A stretch of 37,239 nt of DNA, taken from the NCBI GenBank assembly GCA_964342155.1, contig CAYFEQ010000001.1:64761-101999 (forward strand), written 5' to 3'. The stretch comes from an uncultured Ectothiorhodospiraceae bacterium (lineage in GTDB: Bacteria > Pseudomonadota > Gammaproteobacteria > GCA-002705445 > GCA-002716945). Shown piece by piece: positions 17,142 through 26,387 of this stretch (positions are counted from its first letter, which is position 1; each line of letters starts with the position of its first letter). The notes beneath the pieces were generated by a model. The model worked only from the letters and a program-made list of their open reading frames with translations, had not been told where the DNA came from and made no database searches. The position numbers and the translations under genes were made by a program.

Positions 17142-18085
17142 GTAACTTAGCAAAACATGTGCCAGTCATGCAAAATGAATCACTTAATGCATTAAATATA
17201 CAAAAAGCTGGGATTTATGTTGATGCTACTTTTGGTTTTGGAGGTCATTCTCAAGCCATATTAAGTAAATTAGATGAAGAAGGCAGGCTATATGCGATAG
17301 ATAAAGATACTTCAGCAATTGAATTAGCAGATAAAAGAATTATAAAAGATGAAAGATTTACCCTGAAACAAGGATGTTTCTCCTCTCTTGAATCCTTTTC
17401 AAAAGAATGGGGAATTCAAGGGTCAGTAAATGGCATATTATTTGATCTTGGTGTTTCATCTGAACATTTAGAAAATCCAAAAAGAGGATTTAGTTTTCTA
17501 AGAGAAGGCCCAATTGATATGAGGTTTGATCAAAGTTCAGGTAATTCTGCAGGTGATTGGCTGGCTTCAGTTAGCGAAAACACGTTAGCTAAGATAATTA
17601 AAGAATATGGAGATGAACGTTACGCAAAAAGAATCGCCAAAGGGATTGTTACTGAAAGGGTTAAAGAAAGGATTAATACTACTAAAGATTTAGTAAATAT
17701 AATCAATAAAGCCATACCAAAAAATGAAACCAAAAAACATAATGCAACGCGAACATTTCAAGCAATCAGAATACATATCAATCAAGAATTAGAAACACTT
17801 AAGAAATCATTAGAAAAAACTTATAACATATTAGCTCCAAAAGGAAGGTTGGTATTGATAACATATCATTCCTTAGAAGAACGAATAATAAAGGATTTTA
17901 TAACTCTTACAGATAAAAGTTTATCTGCACCAAAAGACTTACCTTTAACTGAACAATTTCTAACAAAGATGTTTAAAATCATCAACAAACCGCTTAAACC
18001 TACAGACGAAGAAATAGAAATTAATAAAAAATCTAGATCAGCAAAACTAAACGTTTTAGAGAAATATAATGAAAATAATTCTTAA
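17138..18085 (+). CDS. rsmH: 16S rRNA m4C1402 methyltransferase
   Basis: HVPVM, YVDATFGFGGHS, LFDLGVSS, RGFSF..EGPIDMR, ATRTFQAIRI.IN.EL and YHSLEERI motifs. Confidence 0.95.
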   Translation: MSNLAKHVPVMQNESLNALNIQKAGIYVDATFGFGGHSQAILSKLDEEGRLYAIDKDTSAIELADKRIIKDERFTLKQGCFSSLESFSKEWGIQGSVNGILFDLGVSSEHLENPKRGFSFLREGPIDMRFDQSSGNSAGDWLASVSENTLAKIIKEYGDERYAKRIAKGIVTERVKERINTTKDLVNIINKAIPKNETKKHNATRTFQAIRIHINQELETLKKSLEKTYNILAPKGRLVLITYHSLEERIIKDFITLTDKSLSAPKDLPLTEQFLTKMFKIINKPLKPTDEEIEINKKSRSAKLNVLEKYNENNS

Positions 18086-18338
18086 TATTTCAATTTTTTT
18101 TGTGATAGCTTTTTCATCTTTTTTAGTTATATATACTAAACATCAAAATAGAATTATGAATATTCAAATAGAAAGTGTTGAAAAAGAATTATCAATAAAA
18201 GTTAATCAATATAAGGAACTATTAAATATCAAAACAAATTTATTAGAGAAAGAATTAATGAGAGAGGGGTTTAAGAAGAGTTTAGGGATGGATATACCCT
18301 CAAAAGATAGAATTATTTATTTAGATTTAGCTGAGTAG
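18069..18338 (+). CDS. ftsL: Cell division protein FtsL
   Basis: Small bitopic protein right after rsmH: N-terminal TM helix, H..R, coiled coil and LGM..P tail. Confidence 0.75.
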   Translation: MKIILNISIFFVIAFSSFLVIYTKHQNRIMNIQIESVEKELSIKVNQYKELLNIKTNLLEKELMREGFKKSLGMDIPSKDRIIYLDLAE

Positions 18339-18354
18339 GCTGGAGGTTAGTAAT

Positions 18355-19497
18355 ATGTTTGAGTTAATTGAAAATTATAGTCAGAATGCCGTGATTAAAG
18401 TCATTGGTGTTGGCGGTGGCGGCGGAAATGCTGTTCAATCGATGTTAGAGTCAAAGATACACGGTGCTGAATTCATAGTAGCGAATACCGATGCTCAAGC
18501 TTTGAATGACATAAAAGGTGCCACAACAGTCCAATTGGGTTCTGAAATTACAAAAGGACTTGGAGCAGGTGCTGATCCAGAAATAGGTAAGCAGGCTGCA
18601 GATGAAGATAGGGATAAGATTCAAGATGCAATACAAGGAGCTGATATGTTATTTATTGCTGCTGGTATGGGAGGTGGCACTGGGACAGGTGCAGCACCTG
18701 TAATAGCCCAATGTGCACATGATATGGGCATCCTAACGGTTGCAGTTGTAACAAAACCATTTGATTGGGAAGGAGTTGAAAGGAAGAAACATGCCGATGA
18801 TGGTATAGCTAAATTAGAAGATTGGGTTGATTCTCTAATTATTCTTCCAAACTCTAAACTTGAAGAAGTCTTTGGTGGGAATGCACCAATATTTGATGCA
18901 TTTGTCCATGCAAATGATGCTCTTCGAGGTGCAGTTAAAGGTATCGCTGAGATAATAACCATTAGAGGTTTAATTAATGTTGATTTTGCAGATGTTAAAA
19001 CTGTAATGTCAGGTAAAGGTAAAGCTATGATGGGATCTGGTGTTGCAAGAGGTGAAGGACGCTCGGAAGAAGCAGTAAGTCTGGCTCTTAGCAGTCCTTT
19101 ATTAGAGAATATCGATCTACATGGTGCTAGTGGTGTTTTAGTTAACATTACTGCAGGAGAAGACCTATCTGTCAGTGAATATAATAGCATTGGAAATACA
19201 ATAAAACAGATTGCTGCAGATGATGCAACAATCATTACGGGTTGTATTAAAGAAGAAGATGCAAGTGGTGAACTTAGAGTTACTATCATCGCAACAGGTT
19301 TTGATGAAAGTAAAGAATCTGAAGAATCTACAACATTGACGGATGAAAAACAATTAGAAAATCAGGTGTCACCATTAAGACCAGTTCAAGAAACTATGTT
19401 TGAAGAAAAATCACCTCAACTTTCAACTGATAATTCTGAAAGTAAAGATGGAGATGATTTAGACATCCCTGCTTTTTTAAGGCAACAAGCTGATTAG
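18355..19497 (+). CDS. ftsZ: Cell division protein FtsZ (unusual position)
   Basis: IKVIGVGGGGGNAV, GAGADPEIG, GMGGGTGTGAAP, INVDFADV and C-terminal DIPAFLRQQAD; GGAGGT RBS at 18342-18347. Confidence 0.98.
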   Translation: MFELIENYSQNAVIKVIGVGGGGGNAVQSMLESKIHGAEFIVANTDAQALNDIKGATTVQLGSEITKGLGAGADPEIGKQAADEDRDKIQDAIQGADMLFIAAGMGGGTGTGAAPVIAQCAHDMGILTVAVVTKPFDWEGVERKKHADDGIAKLEDWVDSLIILPNSKLEEVFGGNAPIFDAFVHANDALRGAVKGIAEIITIRGLINVDFADVKTVMSGKGKAMMGSGVARGEGRSEEAVSLALSSPLLENIDLHGASGVLVNITAGEDLSVSEYNSIGNTIKQIAADDATIITGCIKEEDASGELRVTIIATGFDESKESEESTTLTDEKQLENQVSPLRPVQETMFEEKSPQLSTDNSESKDGDDLDIPAFLRQQAD

Positions 19498-19500
19498 AAA

Positions 19501-21240
19501 ATTATAAACAACAGCAGACAAAGCGCATGGCGGCAATATTTCATTTACCTTATTGCCGCCACTTTTTTTATATTTATTTTAATAAGAGTAGTATTACTTC
19601 AAGTTTTTGATACTGACTGTTTTTTATTAAATAAAAATAAATGTAAAAACAACTTAAGTTCAGTTGCAGATAAACGCCAAATTGTTAATAGAGTTATTGA
19701 TACTAGTAGAGGAACAATATTTGATAGAAACAATGAAATCCTCGCAATGAGTCTTCCAAGAAAAACATTATGTATTAATCCAAATATGTTAAGTAAACTC
19801 TCCAAAGAAGAAATAATAAAATATAAACCACTATTAAAAATACTTGCAACTGATGAAACTAGATTTTGGAAATTGATAAACAAATATAAAAAAAGAAAAG
19901 AGTTTTATCTTAGAAGAAAGATCAATGACAAATTAGTTTATAAAATTAATCAATTAAACCTACCTTTTGTATATTTTATTAAAGAATATCATCGTGTATA
20001 TCTTGGAGGTAAAGCCTTTTCAAATGTAATTGGCTTTACTGATATAGATGATGTTGGTCAAGAAGGGATTGAATTGTCTAAAAATGAATCACTTACATCA
20101 ACAAAAGGGTTAAAGAAAATAAAAAAAGATAATTTAGGTAGATCCATCCAAACTATTGAAATAATTAAACAACCAATTTCTGGAAAAGATATTTATTTAT
20201 CATTAGACAAAAATATTCAAATAATTGGTTATAACGTCTTAAAGAAATATGTTGAAAAATATTCAGCTGATAGTGCATCTTTAGTACTTGTTAAAAATAA
20301 AACTGGAGAAATTATTTCTATGGTAAATTACCCAGCATTTAATCCAGACATTCGACATGAGATGAAAGGAGTTAAAATAAAAAACAGAGTAGCTACTGAA
20401 GTATTTGAACCAGGATCTACAATGAAACCTTTCATTATCCTTGCAGCCTTAAATGCTAATTCTGTCAATCAGCAGGACTTAATAGATACGACACCAGGTA
20501 TAATCAAAATTGGTGAAAAAAAAATTAAGGATCCACGTAATTATGGGAAATTAACACTCTCACAAATTATTGAAAAATCGAGTAATGTTGGAGCTGTTTT
20601 AGTATCTAGGAGTTTAGATAAAAAAGATTTATGGAATACATTAACATCATTACAATTTGGACAGAACTTGTATACTGGTTTTTCCGGAGAACAATTTGGT
20701 GAACTAAATCATCATTCACAGTGGAAGTCAGTTAATCAGGAAACGATAGCTTATGGTTACGGAATTTCTACAACATTACTACATTTATCTAGCGCATATT
20801 CTATTCTTGCAAATCATGGAAAATCTATACAACTAACTTATTTAAGAGTTGAAAGCGATGATGAAATTTTTGAGGAAGATATTATTGATGCAACTTTATC
20901 AAAAGATATATTGAAAATGATGATTCAAGTAGTTAAAAAAGGAACAGGAACTAAGGCATCTTTAGATAAATATACGGTTGCTGGTAAGACGGGGACCGTT
21001 CAAATCTTAAAGAAAAAAGGATATACATCAGAGGAACATAATACATTATTTGTGGGAGTAGTCCCCGCTACTAATCCACAGTATGTTGCTGCTATAATAG
21101 TTAGAAAGCCTAATCCAGGTAAAGATAAGGTATCAGGTGGAAAAAATGCTGCTCCGATTTTCAAAGAATTTATGAGTCAATCACTAAACCTTTTAAGGGT
21201 ATATCCAGATAAAAAAATAGTGGAAAATGAAAAAGAATAA
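19501..21240 (+). CDS. ftsI: Septal peptidoglycan transpeptidase FtsI (PBP3); start codon non-canonical or unresolved
   Basis: The frame is open from 19498 and reads KIINNSRQSAWRQYFIYLIAATFFIFILIRVVLLQV...SRGTIFDRN, giving the WR motif, TM helix and RG.I.DR. Catalytic motifs are EPGSTMK, SSN and KTGT. The first ATG (19747) would remove the membrane anchor. Confidence 0.9.
   Translation: MINNSRQSAWRQYFIYLIAATFFIFILIRVVLLQVFDTDCFLLNKNKCKNNLSSVADKRQIVNRVIDTSRGTIFDRNNEILAMSLPRKTLCINPNMLSKLSKEEIIKYKPLLKILATDETRFWKLINKYKKRKEFYLRRKINDKLVYKINQLNLPFVYFIKEYHRVYLGGKAFSNVIGFTDIDDVGQEGIELSKNESLTSTKGLKKIKKDNLGRSIQTIEIIKQPISGKDIYLSLDKNIQIIGYNVLKKYVEKYSADSASLVLVKNKTGEIISMVNYPAFNPDIRHEMKGVKIKNRVATEVFEPGSTMKPFIILAALNANSVNQQDLIDTTPGIIKIGEKKIKDPRNYGKLTLSQIIEKSSNVGAVLVSRSLDKKDLWNTLTSLQFGQNLYTGFSGEQFGELNHHSQWKSVNQETIAYGYGISTTLLHLSSAYSILANHGKSIQLTYLRVESDDEIFEEDIIDATLSKDILKMMIQVVKKGTGTKASLDKYTVAGKTGTVQILKKKGYTSEEHNTLFVGVVPATNPQYVAAIIVRKPNPGKDKVSGGKNAAPIFKEFMSQSLNLLRVYPDKKIVENEKE
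19528..19569 (+). terminator. Intrinsic terminator-like hairpin downstream of ftsZ, inside the ftsI coding sequence
   Basis: TGGCGGCAATA (19528-19538) and TATTGCCGCCA (19551-19561) form a perfect 11-bp GC-rich stem, followed by C and T7. Confidence 0.8.
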
Positions 21241-22630
21241 TAAAGATATTATACAAATTTTAAATTTTATAAAGAAAAATACTTCTAAAAACCAAGATAT
21301 AGATAAGGTTTTAGCATGGAATAGTAAATTAATTAAAAAAGGACAAATTTTTTTTTCTATAAAGACTAAATCATCAAAAAGATATAGCTACATAAAAGAA
21401 GCTTTAGAGAGAGGAGCGAAAGCTGTCATTTCTGATGTCCAACTAAAGAATATCCCTAACTTTAATAATATACCTATTTTATATTGTAAATATCTAAAAG
21501 ATAATCATAATGAATTTCTTAATTACATATATAAAAACCCATTAAATAATATTAAGGTAATTGGAATAACGGGTACTGATGGAAAGACATCGCAATTACA
21601 TTTACTTGCACAAAGTTTGCACCTTAGTGGAAAAAAAATAGGTATTATCTCAAGCGAAGGCAATGGTATTTATCCAAGGCTAAATAAGTCAGATTATACA
21701 ACGCCACGAGTTGATATTTTATTTAGATATTTTAAAAAATTCAGTATATCTAAAGTTAATATTGTACTTATTGAATGCTCATCTCAAGGAATACAGCAGG
21801 GAAGAATAGATAATATTAAATTTGATATGAGTATTTTAACTAATATTAATAAAGATCATATTGATTATCATCATTCATTGAAGAATTATATAAAATCTAA
21901 AATAAAATTATTAAATATGACAAAAAAACATATCTTTATTAATGAAAACTGCTCTACAACAAAAAAGAATATAAAACTAATAACCACAAAAGCCAAAAAG
22001 AATTTATTTAATCTTAATGTGGATATTGATTATAAAAATAAAAAACTAATGGGTACTATTTCTAATTATTATAATATATGTGTGATTATAAAAATTCTTA
22101 AATTAGAAAAGATACCAGTAAAAAATATTTATCAAATTATATGCAAACTTAAGCCTATTAGTGGACGAAACCAGTTTGTAAAAACTAAAAATAGAGGAAC
22201 GTTTGTTATTGATTATGCTCACACGCCAAGTTCATTATTAACTCTTCTAAAGACTGTTAACTTTTATTCTATATTGAGTGATGGTAAGCTAATCACTGTC
22301 TTTGGATGTGGTGGCGAAAGGGACATTTGGAAGAGAAAAGCTATGGGCATTATATCATCGGAATTTTCTAATCATGTAATCTTAACCGATGATAATCCAA
22401 GAAATGAAGAATCAATGAGAATAATTAATGACATTAAAAAAGGTATAAATAAAAAAACAAACCTTTCAATTATACCTTCTCGAAAAAAGGCAATAATGAA
22501 GGCTGTTTCATTAGCAAAAAAAAATGATTACATTGTAATTGCAGGAAAGGGAAGTGAAAATGATATTATATATAAAAATCGTATTATCAAACATAATGAT
22601 ACAAAAGTGTTAAAGGAAATTTTAAAATGA
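21227..22630 (+). CDS. murE: UDP-MurNAc-tripeptide (meso-DAP) ligase
   Basis: GITGTDGKTS, TTP, TNINKDHIDYH, IDYAHTP, VFGCGGERD, DDNPRNE (DAP-type) and AGKG motifs. Confidence 0.92.
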   Translation: MKKNNKDIIQILNFIKKNTSKNQDIDKVLAWNSKLIKKGQIFFSIKTKSSKRYSYIKEALERGAKAVISDVQLKNIPNFNNIPILYCKYLKDNHNEFLNYIYKNPLNNIKVIGITGTDGKTSQLHLLAQSLHLSGKKIGIISSEGNGIYPRLNKSDYTTPRVDILFRYFKKFSISKVNIVLIECSSQGIQQGRIDNIKFDMSILTNINKDHIDYHHSLKNYIKSKIKLLNMTKKHIFINENCSTTKKNIKLITTKAKKNLFNLNVDIDYKNKKLMGTISNYYNICVIIKILKLEKIPVKNIYQIICKLKPISGRNQFVKTKNRGTFVIDYAHTPSSLLTLLKTVNFYSILSDGKLITVFGCGGERDIWKRKAMGIISSEFSNHVILTDDNPRNEESMRIINDIKKGINKKTNLSIIPSRKKAIMKAVSLAKKNDYIVIAGKGSENDIIYKNRIIKHNDTKVLKEILK

Positions 22631-23958
22631 AGGGATCTTTTTCACAATTAGCAAGTATTTTAAATTTATCCACATCTAATCCAAATATTAATTTTAATGG
22701 CATCTCTATTGATTCAAGGACAATAAAAAAAGGAAATCTATTTATTGCTATAAAAGGTGATAAATTTGATGGGCATGAGTTTATTGATGACTCAATAAGA
22801 AAGGGTTCTGCGGGAATTATCACTGAAAAATCTTATAATGATGCTCAATTATTAGTTGAGGACACTACTATAGCTTTAGGAAAAATTGCAAAATTTTATA
22901 TTGATTCTCTGAAACCTTTAACTGTAGGAATTACTGGGACTAATGGAAAAACAACAACAACAAACTTAATTGGATCAATGTTAAATAAATTTCAAAGCAC
23001 TCTGATTAGTTTTGGAAATTATAATAATCAGATTGGATTACCATTATCTATACTAAAAATGAATGATAAGCATAAAATGTGTGTACTTGAGATGGGTGCA
23101 AGTAAAAAAGGTGATATAAGTTATTTAACGTCAATTGCCTCCCCCAAGATTGTGGCGCTTTTAAATGTTTCATCAGCACATTTAGAAAGTTTTAAGGATT
23201 TAGAGAATATACGTTTAACCAAAGAAGAAATATTTTCTGATCAAGGGTATAAAAAAACTGTAATATTAAATAAGGATGATAAAAATTTTTCTAGATGGAA
23301 TGAATTAACTAACAAACATAAAATACGGACTATATCTAAAACACAAGTTGCTGATTATTACATTGAAAACATAAATAATAGTTCTCTAAAAATAAATATA
23401 CCGAATGATCAGTCTTTTGAACTAGAGATTAAGGAACATCATCATCAGCATATTGACAATATACTTTTTGCAATTGCGTGTTCATATGAAGCTGGCGCAT
23501 CTATAAAAAATATAATTGATGGTTATTATGATTTTAAAGGCGTACAAGGAAGGTTTTTTATTGACAATGGTATTAATGGATCAACCATTATTGATGACTC
23601 ATATAATGCAAATCCATCATCAATGAAATTGTCTTTAATGTCATTAGTTTCAATGAAAGGAATACCATGGTTTGTGATGGGGGATATGGGTGAATTAGGA
23701 GAACAATCTAAAAAATTCCACATAGAATTAGTCCAATATGCAAAGAAAATTGGCATCAAGAAACTTTTTTATATTGGTGACTATAAAGATATAGTTCTAG
23801 AAAATTTTGGGGAAAACTCTTTTTATTTTACTGATAAGTTAGAACTTATTAAATATATTCAAAATAATATTACTGAAGATGTTAATATTTTAGTTAAGGC
23901 TTCTCGATTTATGGAATTTGAGACTATTGTTAATGAATTGAAGCTCAGAAAAGCTTAA
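22627..23958 (+). CDS. murF: UDP-MurNAc-tripeptide--D-Ala-D-Ala ligase
   Basis: IDSR, FDGH, GITGTNGKTTT, GNYNNQIGLP, LEMG, DDSYNANP, GDMGELG and LVKASR motifs. Confidence 0.94.
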   Translation: MKGSFSQLASILNLSTSNPNINFNGISIDSRTIKKGNLFIAIKGDKFDGHEFIDDSIRKGSAGIITEKSYNDAQLLVEDTTIALGKIAKFYIDSLKPLTVGITGTNGKTTTTNLIGSMLNKFQSTLISFGNYNNQIGLPLSILKMNDKHKMCVLEMGASKKGDISYLTSIASPKIVALLNVSSAHLESFKDLENIRLTKEEIFSDQGYKKTVILNKDDKNFSRWNELTNKHKIRTISKTQVADYYIENINNSSLKINIPNDQSFELEIKEHHHQHIDNILFAIACSYEAGASIKNIIDGYYDFKGVQGRFFIDNGINGSTIIDDSYNANPSSMKLSLMSLVSMKGIPWFVMGDMGELGEQSKKFHIELVQYAKKIGIKKLFYIGDYKDIVLENFGENSFYFTDKLELIKYIQNNITEDVNILVKASRFMEFETIVNELKLRKA

Positions 23959-23970
23959 ACTTAGTTAATT

Positions 23971-25071
23971 ATGTTAATTTATCTTTTTGATTATCTCTCT
24001 CAATATTACTCTGGCTTCAATGTCTTTCAATATCTTACTTTAAGAATTATCCTTGCCGCTTTGACAGCATTATTTACATCATTAATTCTAAGCCCCTATA
24101 TAATTAAAATGCTTAAAGAAAAAAAAATGTATCAATCAATAAGATCAGATGGGCCGGAGTCTCATATTGAAACTAAATCTGAAACTCCATCCATGGGAGG
24201 TTTAATAATACTTATATCTATAGTTACCAGTACTGTACTATGGGCTGATATTTATAATAAGAATATTTGGATTCTTTTATCTATTTTAATAAGCTTCGGT
24301 ATCATTGGGTTTTATGATGACTATAAAAAATTTGTACATTCTGATAGCAAAGGTATAAGCGGCAAAACAAAATTAATATTACAAATCATTGTTTCTTCTA
24401 TAGTTCTTATGTTTATTTATTTAAGTGTAGAAGATGATTTAGAATTAACATTAATTTTGCCATTTATGAAAACCTTTTCTCTATATTTAGGCTGGATATT
24501 TATACCTTGGAGCATTTTTATAATTGTGGGTTCAAGTAATGCTGTTAATCTTACTGATGGTCTTGATGGACTAGCAATTTTACCTTGTATCTTAATCGCA
24601 GCAGCATTTGTAGTTTTTGCTTATGTAGAAGGTAATGCAAACATTGCTAGCTATTTACTTATACCGCATTTACCCAATGTCTCAGAGATTGCAATTTTTT
24701 CAAGTGCAATTGTTGGATCAGGCCTAGGTTTTTTATGGTATAACTCTTATCCTGCAGATATATTTATGGGTGACGTAGGTTCACTGTCTCTCGGTGCAAT
24801 TCTTGGAACTATGGCAGTTCTACTCAGACAAGAAATTGCATTTGCTATAATGAGTGGAGTTTTTGTTGCAGAAGTTCTTTCGGTTATTATACAAGTAACT
24901 TATTTTAAGATGACAGGCAAAAGAGTTTTTTTAATGTCACCACTACATCATCATTTTGAGTACAAGTGGGAAAAAATTTACGAGAACCCAGAACCTAAGA
25001 TTATTGTCCGCTTTTGGATTGTAACCTTTATCCTTGTACTTATTGCATTATCATCATTAAAAATTAGGTAA
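23971..25071 (+). CDS. mraY: Phospho-MurNAc-pentapeptide transferase
   Basis: TPSMGG, GFYDDY, SNAVNLTDGLDGL, FMGDVGSL and PLHHHFE motifs. Confidence 0.96.
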   Translation: MLIYLFDYLSQYYSGFNVFQYLTLRIILAALTALFTSLILSPYIIKMLKEKKMYQSIRSDGPESHIETKSETPSMGGLIILISIVTSTVLWADIYNKNIWILLSILISFGIIGFYDDYKKFVHSDSKGISGKTKLILQIIVSSIVLMFIYLSVEDDLELTLILPFMKTFSLYLGWIFIPWSIFIIVGSSNAVNLTDGLDGLAILPCILIAAAFVVFAYVEGNANIASYLLIPHLPNVSEIAIFSSAIVGSGLGFLWYNSYPADIFMGDVGSLSLGAILGTMAVLLRQEIAFAIMSGVFVAEVLSVIIQVTYFKMTGKRVFLMSPLHHHFEYKWEKIYENPEPKIIVRFWIVTFILVLIALSSLKIR

Positions 25072-25076
25072 TAAGA

Positions 25077-26387
25077 GTGACAAAGAAAAAGTTAGTGTTG
25101 GGATTGGGTAAGACAGGACAATCTTGCATTAACTTTTTTGTTAAAAATAATATAAATTTCAAAGCTTTTGATACTCGAAATAAAAATTCAATAGACATAT
25201 CTAGTCATCATAATCAAAACCTTTCTCAATATAGGTTTGGTGATTATGAAGAAAACTTTTTGGATGATGTTAATGAAGCTATTATTAGTCCTGGTATAAA
25301 TTCAGAGCATAAAATAATAAATAAAATTAATGAGCTCTCTATTCCGCTTACTACTGATATAGAATTATGCGGTAAGTATTCCAAAACACCTATTATAGCT
25401 ATCACAGGGACAAATGGTAAAACTACCACTGTTAGTATGTTAGAACATCTTTTAAATAGCTTAAGTTTAAATTCACTAGCGTGCGGAAATAATGGTATTC
25501 CAATTCTTGAGTCATTAAATAATCAATATGACTATTTAATAGTAGAACTATCTAGTTATCATTTAGAATATATTAAAAATATCAATACTGCGGTCAGCCT
25601 TATAACAAATATTCAAGAAGATCATTTAGAAAGACATAAAGAATATAAAAATTACTTATCCATAAAAAAAAGAATATTTTTAAATTGTGATTACGCTTTA
25701 TGTAATATAAATCTCAAAAATGATATGGATGATATTAAAGATTGTAAGTACTATGGAATTAAAAAAGATAAGAATCATTTTATTATTAATAATAAATATA
25801 ATGACCAACTATCTCTTATTGATGAAAATATAATATATAGGGATAAAAAAATTCCTTTTAGAGGTTTTCATAATATTGATAACTTACTTGCTGTTCTATC
25901 AGTTTCAGACTATTTAGGTCTTAAAACTGATGAATGTATTCAAGCTTTATCAACTTTTAGTTATCCAGAACATAGGATTCAGCTGGTAAAGAAAGATAAT
26001 AATATACTTTGGTATAACGATTCAAAATCTACGAATGTTTCATCTACTATTGCTGCATTGAAATACATTAAAAGAAACATACTATTGATTTTGGGTGGAT
26101 CTGAAAAATTATTAGATTATCAAAAATTAGATTCATACATAGAGGAAAAGGTCAAAATGATAATTTTTATAGGAGAGAATCGTAAATTAATAAAGGATCA
26201 TTTAAAAACAAAAACACCAATGGTGGATGCAAATTCTATTTCAGATGCTGTTTCTATAGCTTATAAAAATGCCTCTTCAGGTGATACAGTCTTATTATCA
26301 CCTGCTAGTCCTAGTTTTGATATGTTTATAAATTATGAAGAACGTGGCATGGAATTTATAAAAGCGGTCAATAATATTGTTAAGTGA
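25077..26387 (+). CDS. murD: UDP-MurNAc-L-Ala--D-Glu ligase
   Basis: GLGKTG, SPGI, AITGTNGKTT, ELSSY, DHLERH, YNDSKSTN and LLSPA..SFDMF motifs; GTG start. Confidence 0.94.
   Translation: MTKKKLVLGLGKTGQSCINFFVKNNINFKAFDTRNKNSIDISSHHNQNLSQYRFGDYEENFLDDVNEAIISPGINSEHKIINKINELSIPLTTDIELCGKYSKTPIIAITGTNGKTTTVSMLEHLLNSLSLNSLACGNNGIPILESLNNQYDYLIVELSSYHLEYIKNINTAVSLITNIQEDHLERHKEYKNYLSIKKRIFLNCDYALCNINLKNDMDDIKDCKYYGIKKDKNHFIINNKYNDQLSLIDENIIYRDKKIPFRGFHNIDNLLAVLSVSDYLGLKTDECIQALSTFSYPEHRIQLVKKDNNILWYNDSKSTNVSSTIAALKYIKRNILLILGGSEKLLDYQKLDSYIEEKVKMIIFIGENRKLIKDHLKTKTPMVDANSISDAVSIAYKNASSGDTVLLSPASPSFDMFINYEERGMEFIKAVNNIVK

Noticed and set aside
18621-19289. 222-aa antisense ORF over ftsZ
   Set aside because: Shadow ORF of a conserved gene, with no recognisable motifs. 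The same applies to the other short antisense ORFs in the track.
19495-19497. Genome-wide reassignment of TAG to an amino acid
   Set aside because: orfY, ftsL and murB also end in TAG at their expected C-termini, so TAG is a normal stop here.
19527-19610. Out-of-frame ATG (MAAIFHLPYCRHFF...) that could join ftsI by a +1 shift at the T7 run
   Set aside because: The product would lose the WR motif and half of the TM helix, and the ftsI frame is already open and FtsI-like upstream of the T-run.
19747-21240. ORF-track 497-aa FtsI read as a truncated or soluble PBP or a pseudogene
   Set aside because: The TM helix and RG.IFDR motif are present in frame upstream with no stop or frameshift.
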